64,000 nucleotides of DNA from an uncultured Actinomycetes bacterium (GCA_963709345.1 CAVPVX010000010.1:96001-160000), one strand, 5' to 3'. Shown: positions 28,309 to 37,790, counted from the first letter of the stretch. Made by a program: numbers and translations. Notes: a model not told the origin generated them from the sequence alone.

Positions 28309-29334
28309 TCAGTACTGGGCCTCGTGACCGACCTCGATCATGGCCCGGATGTTTTCGATCGGAGTATGGAGGCTCAGATCGCAGCCACTCGCGAGCACGA
28401 AGCCCCCACCCGCCCAGCCCTTCGACACGCACGACCTGGCCGCTTCCCTCACCGTCTCGGGAGAGCCGTCGAGAAGGAGCCCAACGGGATCCACGTTACC
28501 GAGCAGGCAGACGGAGGCGCCGATGGCCTCCTTCACGACGGCCGTATCCACCGACGCGTCGAAGCTGAAAGCCGTCGCACCCGTGTCCGCTGCGAGCGTG
28601 AGGATCTTGGCGGTCTTGCCACACACGTGCAGGATCGACGGCAAGTCCACCTTCTGGAGCGCCTCGACGACAGTCCTCGTGGACGGAGCTGCGTACTCCG
28701 CGTAGTGTCGTGGAGATATCAGGTCGCCGGACGCGGTGGGGTCGCTGAGGACGAACCCGTGGACCCCGAGGTCCGCGTACAGCTGCAGATGCCGCACGAT
28801 GACCTCGGTCGAGAACTCGATCAAGCGGTGGACCTCGTCGGCGTGTTCGATCAGATCCGTCATCAGGTCGGTCATCCCGCGCAGGTGACCCGCCAGCGTG
28901 AAGGGCAGAGGGAGCGAGGCGTAGCAGAACACTTCATCGCCAAGCTCCTCCAGGAGCGCCTCGGCAGCGATCAGAGACGACTGCACGCGGGAGCTTGCGC
29001 TCGTGTCCACGAGGACGAGGTCCGCCACCTCATCAAGTGAATGAAGCGCAGGCTCGATGACACTGGGGCTCCCAACCTCGGTGATCCGGGAAGTGCAGCC
29101 AAGCAGGTCGACGAAGGCGAACCAATCCCAGACGATCTCGATCGCGTCAAAGGGACAGGCTGCCTGTGCATTGACGATGGCTGCGGCTGCCCTCTCAGGA
29201 TGAGCCAACGACTCGGGGGTCGACAAGCCGAAGGCGTCGAGAGCCCAGTAGCCTTGGAAGGGAGGCGCGACGGGCACCCTGTCGGGCGGGTCGAGCAGTC
29301 GAAGAGCCTTGGTGAACCTCTCCCTCCCGGTCAT
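28309..29334 (-). CDS. Uroporphyrinogen decarboxylase family / MtaA-CmuA-like methylcobamide methyltransferase
   Basis: DRVPVAP, PFTLAGHLRG, SDPTAS..ISP, LHVCG, GNVDP and LASGCD (Zn ligands H-x-C...C). Confidence 0.85.
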   Translation of the reverse strand: MTGRERFTKALRLLDPPDRVPVAPPFQGYWALDAFGLSTPESLAHPERAAAAIVNAQAACPFDAIEIVWDWFAFVDLLGCTSRITEVGSPSVIEPALHSLDEVADLVLVDTSASSRVQSSLIAAEALLEELGDEVFCYASLPLPFTLAGHLRGMTDLMTDLIEHADEVHRLIEFSTEVIVRHLQLYADLGVHGFVLSDPTASGDLISPRHYAEYAAPSTRTVVEALQKVDLPSILHVCGKTAKILTLAADTGATAFSFDASVDTAVVKEAIGASVCLLGNVDPVGLLLDGSPETVREAARSCVSKGWAGGGFVLASGCDLSLHTPIENIRAMIEVGHEAQY

Positions 29335-29925
29335 CTGCGTCCCTTCTGCGTCTGAGGCTTCATCGGGCGTCCTCTCCGCAGCTGCGGCATGAACGAGGCG
29401 CCCCGCGTGCGGTGCCCGTTCGCCGAGACCTCGCTGCGGACGATGGCGAGTGCAGTGTATCCGTACGTACTCGGCCTTGGCGGTGGCACCCCGCGCCGTC
29501 CTCGACCGCGAGTTCGACGCGCCGTGCGAGTGGAACATCCAGGCGCGTGCACTCGTCTCCCTGGGGCGTACAAGGGTCTGTGGACGAGCGCGACCACTGG
29601 CCGGGCGTTCCGCAGCGAGTGTCGGCCGTCGGTGACTACGTGGGTGCGGGCCCAAGCGCTCTCGCGTGCGTCCAACGCTCGGCGGGCGAGATGCTGAGTG
29701 GCAACGCGCGCGACGATTCCCCCGAGGTCACCGCACCTCTCGCGGCTCCCGGCATGCGACTGTGGGATGACGCAAGTGCTGTGACGATTGTGGGAGCCCG
29801 CGGCGCCGGCGCCGCGTTCGGCGGCGTGTGTCGAGCGATCTCACTCCGCACGCACGGCACTTGCTCTTGCACAGCAGGATGACTCATAGTCGCAAGACGC
29901 TGCGACGAGGAGGATCGAACGTGAC

Positions 29926-30918
29926 ATGCCCGACTCCCCCACCCGACGAGAGGAGGCTCCAGTGAGGGGCTACGGGCCCGCAGACCCATCGGCGACGCCG
30001 CGCTTCGCGGGGATCTCCACGTTCCTGCGTTTGCCGCACACGACGAACCTCGAGGGCGTGGATGTGGCGGCGGTGGGCTTGCCGTTCGACACCGGCGTGT
30101 CGTTTCGCGTGGGAGCACGATTCGGGCCAAAAGCCATCCGGGACGGCTCTCTGGCGTTTCGCCCGGACTTCAACCCGGAGCAGGGCGTCTCGGTGTTCGA
30201 ACGGCTCTCGGTGATCGACTATGGCGACGCCCCGATCGTGCCCGGCGCGACAGTAGCATCGCTCGACAAGATGTCCGGGTCGTTGGGCGTGCTGCATGAA
30301 GCGGGCGTGATACCGATTGGCTTCGGTGGAGATCACAGCGTGCTGCTCGCGGAGCTGCGGGCAGCCGCCGCGACGCGCGGTCCGCTTGCAGTCATCCAGT
30401 TCGACGCTCACTGCGATACTCGTGATGACTACTTCGGCGAGAAGTACACCCACGGTACAGTCCTGCGTCGCGCCTGCGAGGAGGGACTCGTCGACGCGTC
30501 CCGCTCGACTCTGATGGGCATGCGGGGCGGGCTCGCCGGACCGAATGACCATGAAGAGGCTCGTGCCCTGGGCTTCCATGTCGTGCGCTGGACCGAACTG
30601 GCCAGTCTCGGCGTGGGCGCGGTCAAGACGGCTGTCGAACGTGCTCGCGGCAAGGCTTTCCTCACGTTCGACATCGACTTCATCGACCCGGCGTACGCTC
30701 CGGGCACGGGCACCCCCGTGTGTGGTGGCCCGTCGTCGATGCAGGCGCTGGAGTTGCTGCGGGCGTGTCGCGGCCTGCATATCATCGGTGCGGATGTCGT
30801 CGAGGTGGTGCCCGACCTCGACAGCTCCTATCTCACGGCGATGCTTGCGGCGACGGTCGCGTGGGAGATCCTCAGTCTCATCGCCGTGAGTACGGTGATG
30901 ACTGCGGGAAGCCACTAG
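29926..30918 (+). CDS. Ureohydrolase (agmatinase/guanidinobutyrase family)
   Basis: GARFGP, GGDHS, FDAHCD, HGT, FDIDFIDP, APGTG and DVVE. Confidence 0.9.
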   Translation: MPDSPTRREEAPVRGYGPADPSATPRFAGISTFLRLPHTTNLEGVDVAAVGLPFDTGVSFRVGARFGPKAIRDGSLAFRPDFNPEQGVSVFERLSVIDYGDAPIVPGATVASLDKMSGSLGVLHEAGVIPIGFGGDHSVLLAELRAAAATRGPLAVIQFDAHCDTRDDYFGEKYTHGTVLRRACEEGLVDASRSTLMGMRGGLAGPNDHEEARALGFHVVRWTELASLGVGAVKTAVERARGKAFLTFDIDFIDPAYAPGTGTPVCGGPSSMQALELLRACRGLHIIGADVVEVVPDLDSSYLTAMLAATVAWEILSLIAVSTVMTAGSH

Positions 30919-30921
30919 CAG

Positions 30922-31317
30922 GCCGTCACGCCGATTCGTCCCGGTCTCGCCCTCTACAACCCGGTCAAGATCCCCTTCACCCCGGAGTTCTGGGAACTCA
31001 TGAAGAAGAACGACTGGGAGTTGATTCCGGCCGCCGAGCCGACCTGGGTGCACCAGATCCCGTGCTGCCTGTACGATGTGTACAAGCAGAAGTCATGGAT
31101 CTCCATGAACACCTTCTCGCTCGGCCCGAACACCATCTGCGTGGAGTCGCACGAGACGGCCTTCTGCGAGCAGCTCGACAAGCTCGGCGTCGAAGTCGTT
31201 CCAATCCCCTACGAGAAGGTCACGCCATTCGGCGGGGCGCTCCACTGCACCACGCTCGATGTCTACCGTGATGGGGACTGCGAGGACTACTTCCCCAACC
31301 AGATCGAAGGGTACTGA
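30922..31317 (+). pseudogene. C-terminal third of an amidinotransferase (paralogue of 36532..37743)
   Basis: AVTPIRPGLALYNP...KSWISMNTFS...FGGALHCTTLDVYR aligns with the full copy from just after its HID motif; N-terminal two thirds absent. Confidence 0.85.
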
Positions 31318-31577
31318 TGGTCAGTTGACTCACGCTCCGGGAGGAGCTGGCCCGAAGCGGCGCTGACGGCGGCGGTTGTTTCACCTGACCCCGGGTCTCG
31401 CCCCAGCGCGCTCGCGGCTCCCCCGCCGTGGCCCACGGGCCGGTTCCTTCCGGAACGTTCTTCTGACGCAGCCGCAGGGCGAGAGTCCTGGAGCCGCCGC
31501 AATGCCTTTTCACCCTCTGAGAACCGCGCCGAGCGCCGTGGACTTGCGGCTCTGCTCTTGAGCGACCATGCGGAGGG

Positions 31578-31626
31578 ACCTGCAGCGACAGGAGTGAGCA
31601 TGGCAGAGAGAACGCAAGCTCTGTTC
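31578..31626 (+). repeat. Degenerate copy of the arcE RBS and first 9 codons
   Basis: acctgcagcgacaggagtgagcATGgcagagagaacgcaagctctgttc aligns ungapped with 31780..31828 (MAERTQALF vs MAERTKVLI). Confidence 0.8.
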
Positions 31627-31751
31627 AACTCTCCAATTGTTCGGTAGGTATTGTCGTCTTCGTGCATCCCACCGCCCTCACGTGTAGCTGTCCGCCTAGG
31701 AAAACGGCCTCCGGAGGACCGTTTGACACTCTACAGTCGACTGGTAGAATA
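31618..31751. repeat. About 135-bp repeat, copy 1: truncated MerR-regulator start plus divergent promoter
   Basis: Closely similar and ungapped vs 36229..36362 (offset 4611); minus strand encodes MHEDDNTYRTIGELNR vs MHEDDKTYRTIGELSR. Confidence 0.9.
31723..31750 (+). promoter_or_regulatory. sigma70-type promoter of arcEBC with palindromic operator
   Basis: TTGACA (31723), 16-bp spacer, TAGAAT (31745); spacer contains the CAGTCGACTG palindrome (31734..31743), extendable to TCTA..TAGA. Confidence 0.8.
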
Positions 31752-31801
31752 GCGGCGCTGCAAAGAGGCACGTATAGACACCTGCTACCACAGGAGTGAC
31801 C

Positions 31802-33124
31802 ATGGCTGAGCGAACCAAAGTCCTGATCATGGGAGCCGCCGGACGCGACTTCCACAACTTCAACACGTACTTCCGCGACAACGAGGCGTACGAAGTCGTG
31901 GCGTTCACCGCCACGCAGATCCCGTTCATCAACGACCGCAAGTACCCGGCTGGGCTCGCCGGCAAGCTCTATCCCGACGGCATCCGCATCTACGACGAGT
32001 CGGAAATGCCCGAGCTCGTCAAGAAGTTCGCCGTCGACCAGGTCGTGTTCGCGTACTCGGACGTACCATATGAGTACGTCATGCATCGCTCGGCTCTCGT
32101 CAACTCCCTCGGCGCCGACTTCCGCCTGCTCGGCCCGGAGCACACCATGGTCAAGAGCACCAAGCCGGTGATCGCGGTCTGCGCCGTGCGTACCGGCGCC
32201 GGCAAGAGCCAGACCACGCGCAAGATCCAGACCACCCTGCGCGCCGCCGGCAAGAAGGTCGTCAGCATCCGTCACCCCATGCCCTACGGCGACCTGGTCG
32301 CCCAGAAGTGCATGCGCTTCGCCACGGTCGAGGACCTCGCCAAGAACAACTGCACCATCGAGGAGATGGAAGAGTACGAGCCGCACGTCACGGCCGGCAA
32401 CGTGATCTACTCCGGCGTCGACTACGAGGCCATCGTGCGCGAGGCCGAGAAGGAAGCCGACATCATCCTCTGGGATGGCGGCAACAACGACTTCTCCTTC
32501 TACAAGCCCGACCTGTACATCACCGTCGCCGACCCGCATCGTCCGGGTGACGGCCTCAGGTACTATCCCGGCGAGGTCAACCTTCGGCTCGCCGACGTCG
32601 TCGTGCTCAACAAGGTCGACTCCGCAGATGCCGCCGGCATCCAGGCCGAGCTCGAGGCGGTGCGCTCGGTCAATCCCGACGCACGTATCATCATGGGCGC
32701 TTCGCCGCTCACCGTCGACAAGCCCGAGCTCGTCCAGGGCAAGCGCGTCCTCGTGGTCGAAGACGGCCCGACGCTCACGCACGGCGAGATGAAGTACGGC
32801 GCCGGCACCGTGGCCGCCAGGCAGCTCGGTGCCGCCGAGTTCATCGACCCGCGTCCGTTCGCCGTCGGCGAGATCACCTCCACCTTCGAGAAGTACCCGA
32901 ACATCGGCGTGCTTCTTCCGGCGATGGGCTACTCGCAGGAGCAGCTCAACGACATGGAGACCACGATCAACAACTCCGGTGCCGACGTGATCGTCATCGG
33001 TACGCCGATGGATCTTCGCCGCATCATCAACATCAAGATCCCCGCGGTGCAGGTCAAGTACGACCTCCAGGAGATCGGCAGCCCGACGCTTGAGGACATC
33101 TTGCGCGAGCGCAAGTTCATCTAG
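31802..33124 (+). CDS. arcE: Arginine synthetase (ArcE; usually auto-annotated as cyclic 2,3-DPG synthetase-like GTPase)
   Basis: MGAAGRDFHNFN, P-loop AVRTGAGKS, RHPMPYG, WDGGNND, EDGPTLTHG and PAMGY; directly upstream of OTC and carbamate kinase. Confidence 0.8.
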   Translation: MAERTKVLIMGAAGRDFHNFNTYFRDNEAYEVVAFTATQIPFINDRKYPAGLAGKLYPDGIRIYDESEMPELVKKFAVDQVVFAYSDVPYEYVMHRSALVNSLGADFRLLGPEHTMVKSTKPVIAVCAVRTGAGKSQTTRKIQTTLRAAGKKVVSIRHPMPYGDLVAQKCMRFATVEDLAKNNCTIEEMEEYEPHVTAGNVIYSGVDYEAIVREAEKEADIILWDGGNNDFSFYKPDLYITVADPHRPGDGLRYYPGEVNLRLADVVVLNKVDSADAAGIQAELEAVRSVNPDARIIMGASPLTVDKPELVQGKRVLVVEDGPTLTHGEMKYGAGTVAARQLGAAEFIDPRPFAVGEITSTFEKYPNIGVLLPAMGYSQEQLNDMETTINNSGADVIVIGTPMDLRRIINIKIPAVQVKYDLQEIGSPTLEDILRERKFI

Positions 33125-33141
33125 GAGCCGCTCGTAGCATT

Positions 33142-33181
33142 TCGGCGGCGGCCGGTTTGCGGAACAACCGGCCGCCGCCGA
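33142..33181 (+). terminator. 16-bp-stem intergenic hairpin between arcE and arcB (terminator or mRNA stabiliser)
   Basis: tcggcggcggccggtt ... aaccggccgccgccga; no strong U-tract. Confidence 0.55.
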
Positions 33182-33238
33182 GCCGTCTGTTGCGGCGGCT
33201 CACCAGTTCAGCCAACTATCCCGTCAAGGGAGGGTTGC

Positions 33239-34201
33239 TTGTCTACCCCGTTGAATCAATGCATCTCCGAACTCGATCTCACCGGTCGCAGCTTCCTCAC
33301 GATCCACGAGTTCACACCAGCTGAAATCACCGCGTTGCTCGATCTGACCACGGAGTTCAAGGGAGCGCGGAAGCGCCGTGAGCTGACGCCACTGCTTGCC
33401 GGACGCACTGTCGCGATGATCTTCATGAAGACCTCGACGCGCACCCGGGTGAGCTTCGAGGTCGGCATCGCCCAGCTCGGCGCCCAGGCCATGTTCCTCA
33501 ACGCCAACGACATCCAGCTTCACGTCGGGGAGACCATCAAGGACACGGCCAACGCGATGAGCCGCTACGTGGATTGCATCATGATCCGCACCTTTGCCCA
33601 CAAGGACGTCGAGGACCTCGTGGCCTACGGGCAGATCCCGATCATCAACGGGCTCACCGACCTGCATCACCCGTGCCAGGCACTCTCGGACGCACTCACG
33701 ATCCGCGAGCACGTCGGCCGCCTCGAGGGCGTCAGGGTGGTCTACTCAGGCGACGGCAACAACGTCGCCCACTCCCTGGCGGAGGTGGGCGCGAAGACAG
33801 GGATGCATGTCGTGATCTGTTCACCAGCCGGGTATCGGCCCGACACTGCGATCATCGAACGGGCCCGCGAGGACGCCAAGGCGACCGGTGCGACCATCGA
33901 GCTCACGAGTGATCTCAAGACCGCCGTCAAGGGCGCGGACGTCATCTACACCGACACGTTCACGAGCATGGGCCAGGAGGCGGACCACGACGTCCGCCTC
34001 GCCGGCCTGCGCGACTACCAAGTCAATATGGACCTGCTACGCCTCGCTGGCCCGCAGGCCAAGGTCATGCACTGCCTGCCGGCGCACTGGGGTGAAGAGA
34101 TCACCGAAGAAGTGCTCTACTCGCCGCGCTCCGTGGTCTTCGACCAGGCGGAGAACCGGCTGCACGCACAAAAGGCGATCATGGCAGCAGTGATCGCATG
34201 A
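33239..34201 (+). CDS. arcB: Ornithine carbamoyltransferase
   Basis: STRT, HPCQ, DxxxSMG and HCLP motifs (SMG loop indicates ornithine specificity). Confidence 0.92.
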   Translation: MSTPLNQCISELDLTGRSFLTIHEFTPAEITALLDLTTEFKGARKRRELTPLLAGRTVAMIFMKTSTRTRVSFEVGIAQLGAQAMFLNANDIQLHVGETIKDTANAMSRYVDCIMIRTFAHKDVEDLVAYGQIPIINGLTDLHHPCQALSDALTIREHVGRLEGVRVVYSGDGNNVAHSLAEVGAKTGMHVVICSPAGYRPDTAIIERAREDAKATGATIELTSDLKTAVKGADVIYTDTFTSMGQEADHDVRLAGLRDYQVNMDLLRLAGPQAKVMHCLPAHWGEEITEEVLYSPRSVVFDQAENRLHAQKAIMAAVIA

Positions 34202-35205
34202 GCCTCGTGAAGGAGTCAGGTAACGTGCCTCAGAACTCAGGCGAACGCGGAAAGACAGTAGTGATTGCCCTCGGTGGCAATGCGATCTTGCAGCCGGGGC
34301 AGATCGGGACCTTCGAAGAGCAGCTTGTGAATGTCGATGGCGCTATGCGCTGCATCACCGATCTTGTCGAGGGCGGCTGGCGCGTCGTGCTCACCCACGG
34401 CAACGGCCCCCAGGTCGGTGATCTTCTCGTGCAGAATGCGCTCGCCGCAGGGACTGTACCGGTGATGCCGATGGATGTCTGCGGCGCCGAGAGCCAGGGC
34501 GAGATCGGCTACATGCTCGAGCAGACCCTCTTGAATCACTTCCTGAAGCGGCACATCTCCGTGCCGGTCGTCACAGTGCTTACGCAAGTTGCCGTGAGCG
34601 CCACAGACCAGGCGTTCGAGAACCCGACCAAGCCGGTCGGCGCGTTCTACTCTGAGGACGAGGCAAAGAAGATGATGCTTGAGCAGGGCCACGTCATGCG
34701 GGAAGACGCCGGCAGGGGCTGGCGGCGCGTGGTTCCTAGCCCCGAACCCGTGGAGATCGTCCCTCGCAAAGCGATCGTCGACATGGTCGACGACGGTATC
34801 TGTGTCATCTGCTCCGGCGGGGGCGGCGTTCCCGTGGTGCGCGCCAAGGATGGCACACTATCGGGCATCGCGGCAGTCATCGACAAGGACCTGGCTGCGG
34901 CACTGCTTGCCAAGGAAGTGGCCGCTGACGCGCTTCTCATTCTCACCGACGTGTCTCAGGCCTACGTTGACTACAACACCCCGGACCAGCGTGGTCTTGG
35001 CATCGTGAGTCTCACCGAGATGCAGGGATACGCTGACGACGGACACTTCAAGGCCGGCTCCATGGGCCCCAAGGTGAAGGCATGCATGCGGTTCGTGGAG
35101 GGCGGGGGGACGGCAGTCATCGGCAGCCTGACCGAAGTGGTCCAGGCGATGGCCGGTGAGGCTGGGACCACCATCGTCCCTGACGACGACCCACGGACCG
35201 AGTAG
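34198..35205 (+). CDS. arcC: Carbamate kinase
   Basis: ALGGNA, THGNGPQVG, PTKPVG, RRVVPSPEP, AVIDKD and GSMGPK. Confidence 0.95.
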   Translation: MSLVKESGNVPQNSGERGKTVVIALGGNAILQPGQIGTFEEQLVNVDGAMRCITDLVEGGWRVVLTHGNGPQVGDLLVQNALAAGTVPVMPMDVCGAESQGEIGYMLEQTLLNHFLKRHISVPVVTVLTQVAVSATDQAFENPTKPVGAFYSEDEAKKMMLEQGHVMREDAGRGWRRVVPSPEPVEIVPRKAIVDMVDDGICVICSGGGGVPVVRAKDGTLSGIAAVIDKDLAAALLAKEVAADALLILTDVSQAYVDYNTPDQRGLGIVSLTEMQGYADDGHFKAGSMGPKVKACMRFVEGGGTAVIGSLTEVVQAMAGEAGTTIVPDDDPRTE

Positions 35206-35444
35206 CGGCTGTCGACAAGGCGAGGCAAGGGGAGGATCAGCGGCCGAATCGCGAATGGCCCTTGCGAGCCGGGATCGTACAAGAGGGAGCGGGAGGCGGG
35301 TGACCGTCGCCCGTTCCCTCCGTCAGCGGAGAGTGCGCGGGGAGGAGAGAAGACACCGACTCCAGGGGTGCCGATCCCGTTCGCACTGACTCGCTTCCCA
35401 GGAGGTGAGACCCAGCCATCCGCTCGACACGGACCGTCGGGGCG

Positions 35445-36278
35445 CTATTCGGAGGTGCTGGAACACGACGGTGCTCCTATCATCTCGACGTGTACCGCAT
35501 GCGCCTCGGTGTCGGTCGGGTTGCTCCATGTCCACGGAGTGCCGGGAGGCAGCATGATCGAGTCGCCGGGGCCCAGAAGAGCGGCCTCTTCAATGCTTTC
35601 GCCCGTGACGAGACGGAACTCGAACCAGCCCTCCGTGACGAACACGAACGTCTCGTAGCGACGCGAGAGATACCCGCCGCTGCCCGATCCTGCCGGCGCG
35701 ATGATGAGAGCGGGCTCCATACAGTGGCCGAGCCCGGCAAGCTCTTCGTATCTGACGCCACCTGCCAACGAGATTCCCCGACGGCTTGCTGCTCGTTCGA
35801 CGTGCCTGTCGGCGGGTTGCGGTCCGCTGGAGAAGACGCTCTGGGGCAGATTGAGCGCGTCGGCGATCCGCGCCATGGTCGTCGCCGATGCGCCAGACTC
35901 GCCGCGCTCGAGACTGGACAGGAACGACTCGGACAGCTCGGCATCGGCCGCCAGCGCCTGGAGGGTCAGACCGCGGGACAGGCGTATGTGCCGCACTCTG
36001 GCGCCCAACGACGAGTCGCCTGCGTCGGGATTCTGCTTCGGTGCCGAAAGCGTCCCGGAGCTGAGCATGGCGGCCGCGTTCCACCCATGCTGGCGCCGCA
36101 GTCCGACCACCTGGCGTACCCTGCGGTAGCACTCCGCGTCGTAGAGCCGCTGTCCACCCGCGCTCCTGTGCGGCGAGATCAAGCCTCGCCGCTCCCAGTT
36201 TCGCAGCGTCTGAGGACTCACGCCGACGGCTCTGCTCAACTCTCCAATTGTTCGGTAGGTTTTGTCGTCTTCATGCAT
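35445..36278 (-). CDS. Transcriptional regulator: MerR HTH + XRE HTH + cupin
   Basis: TIGELSR..TLRNWERRGLI.P.RSAGGQRLY; LTLQALA..SESFLSSLERG; C-terminal cupin (ETFVFVTEG...PGDS). Confidence 0.88.
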   Translation of the reverse strand: MHEDDKTYRTIGELSRAVGVSPQTLRNWERRGLISPHRSAGGQRLYDAECYRRVRQVVGLRRQHGWNAAAMLSSGTLSAPKQNPDAGDSSLGARVRHIRLSRGLTLQALAADAELSESFLSSLERGESGASATTMARIADALNLPQSVFSSGPQPADRHVERAASRRGISLAGGVRYEELAGLGHCMEPALIIAPAGSGSGGYLSRRYETFVFVTEGWFEFRLVTGESIEEAALLGPGDSIMLPPGTPWTWSNPTDTEAHAVHVEMIGAPSCSSTSE

Positions 36279-36362
36279 CCCTTCGACCTCACGTGTAGCG
36301 GTCCGCCTAGGAAAAAGGCGCCCGGAGGACCGATTGACACTCTACAGTCGACTGGTAGAATA
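36229..36362. repeat. About 135-bp repeat, copy 2: intact regulator start plus divergent promoter
   Basis: Matches 31618..31751. Confidence 0.9.
36334..36361 (+). promoter_or_regulatory. sigma70-type promoter of the amidinotransferase with the same operator
   Basis: TTGACA, 16-bp spacer, TAGAAT; the 28 bp are identical to 31723..31750. Confidence 0.8.
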
Positions 36363-36531
36363 TCAGCGTTACAGCGTCTCAATGAAGATTTCTCATCTTG
36401 CGGACGACGCGGCGGCAACAACAAGGAGGTTCATGCGCGGTAGCTTGCTGACTAGTCCAAGTGCCTCCGAGACTGACGGTACTGCCTCGGCAGCGCACTG
36501 ACCCAAATGCCCCTACCAGAGGAGTGAAGAT

Positions 36532-37743
36532 ATGCCTACTATCGTCAAGTCGTGGGATGAGTGGTCGCCACTCAAGCGCGTGATCATCGGGCGTCCGGAG
36601 GGGACCAACGTTCCGGCTCCCGAGCCGGCTTGGTTCTACGACCTGCCGAATGGCGGGTACCCGCTCGGCTCGCACGGCCCGTTCCCGCAGGAAATGGTCG
36701 ACGCCGCCAACGAGCAGATGGACTACTTCGTCGCCCAGATCGAGAAGCGCGGCGCCATCGTCGAGCGCATCGACATCCAGCCCTTCATGATGAACAAGCC
36801 CCTCTGCTCGCCGCTCGGCTGGGTCCATGAGGGCGCGCACGGCGTGAACAACGTCCGCGACGTCACCACGATCCACGGCAACTACATCATCGACGCCACG
36901 ACGGTCCGCCGCTCCCGCGTCTTTGAGCGCTTCAACCTCCGGCCGATCTTCGAGCGCTACTGCGAGGAAGATCCCGAGGCTGTGCACTTCTCCGCGCCGT
37001 TCCCGATGCTCACCGACGAGTCGTACGTGAACATCTCCGGCACCGGCGCGCCGGACTACTACCATTACTACGAGAACGTGTGGACCGACGAGGAGAAGCG
37101 CGACCGCCTCTACAACTCCGAGTTCCAGCTCGCTGAGAAGGAAGCCCTCTGGGATTCCGCCGACACCATGCGTTTCGGCAAGGACTGCTTCCACCAGATC
37201 TCCTGCGTGACCAACAAGAAGGGCGTAGACTGGCTGAAGCGCATGTTCGCCTCCCTCGGCCTGCGGCTGCACCACATCACGTTCGACACGCCGATGGATC
37301 CGTCCAAGCAGAAGCCGGAGAACTTCCATCCGTGGCACATCGACGTCAACTTCGTGCCGCTGCGCCCGGGTCTCGTCATGACCAACCCGGACTGGAAGCC
37401 GCGCACTCCTGAGGTCTTCGAGCTCTTCAAGCTCAACGATTGGGAGATGATCGAGGCCGCACGCCCGACGCGCGTCCACAAGAACGACGTCTTCCTGACC
37501 GGCCTCTACGAGGGTAAGTCCTGGATCTCGATGAACACCTTCTCGTTCGACGAGAAGACCGTGTTCGTCGAGGCCGGCGAGACGGCGTACTGCGAGCAGC
37601 TTGAGAAGCTCGGCTTCGACGTCGTGCCGATCCCGTACGAGAAGGTCATTCCATTCGGTGGGGCGCTGCACTGCACCACCCTGGACGTCCACCGCGAGTC
37701 CGAGTGTGTGGACTACTTCCCGAAGCAGGTAAAGGGATACTGA
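36532..37743 (+). CDS. Amidinotransferase (glycine/inosamine-phosphate amidinotransferase family)
   Basis: SWDEWSPLKRVIIG, RD, DSAD, WHID and GGALHC(T)TLD: Asp-His-Cys triad of the pentein amidinotransferases. Confidence 0.9.
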   Translation: MPTIVKSWDEWSPLKRVIIGRPEGTNVPAPEPAWFYDLPNGGYPLGSHGPFPQEMVDAANEQMDYFVAQIEKRGAIVERIDIQPFMMNKPLCSPLGWVHEGAHGVNNVRDVTTIHGNYIIDATTVRRSRVFERFNLRPIFERYCEEDPEAVHFSAPFPMLTDESYVNISGTGAPDYYHYYENVWTDEEKRDRLYNSEFQLAEKEALWDSADTMRFGKDCFHQISCVTNKKGVDWLKRMFASLGLRLHHITFDTPMDPSKQKPENFHPWHIDVNFVPLRPGLVMTNPDWKPRTPEVFELFKLNDWEMIEAARPTRVHKNDVFLTGLYEGKSWISMNTFSFDEKTVFVEAGETAYCEQLEKLGFDVVPIPYEKVIPFGGALHCTTLDVHRESECVDYFPKQVKGY

Positions 37744-37758
37744 GTCGAATCGCGCAGA

Positions 37759-37790
37759 ACAGGAGGGCGCCGCACGTGGCGCCCTCCTGT
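37759..37790 (+). terminator. Hairpin after the amidinotransferase
   Basis: 13-bp stem acaggagggcgcc / ggcgccctcctgt. Confidence 0.6.

Noticed and set aside
29389-29882. Short overlapping ORFs between the MtaA-like gene and the ureohydrolase
   Set aside because: No recognisable motif or consistent frame; possibly debris, not supportable
31802-33124. Annotation as cyclic 2,3-diphosphoglycerate synthetase or generic GTPase
   Set aside because: Operon with OTC and carbamate kinase, and no 2-phosphoglycerate kinase nearby, fit arginine synthetase better
33239-34201. Putrescine carbamoyltransferase (agmatine deiminase pathway)
   Set aside because: Has the DxxxSMG loop of ornithine enzymes, and no agmatine deiminase is present
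35206-35444. GC-rich hairpins between arcC and the regulator as an ncRNA
   Set aside because: Explained adequately as terminator-like structure between convergent genes; no family signature
36532-37743. Arginine deiminase (arcA)
   Set aside because: The N-terminal EW.PL..VI.G and C-terminal GGALHCTTLD match amidinotransferases, not the ADI MHLDT / GGPRCMS motifs
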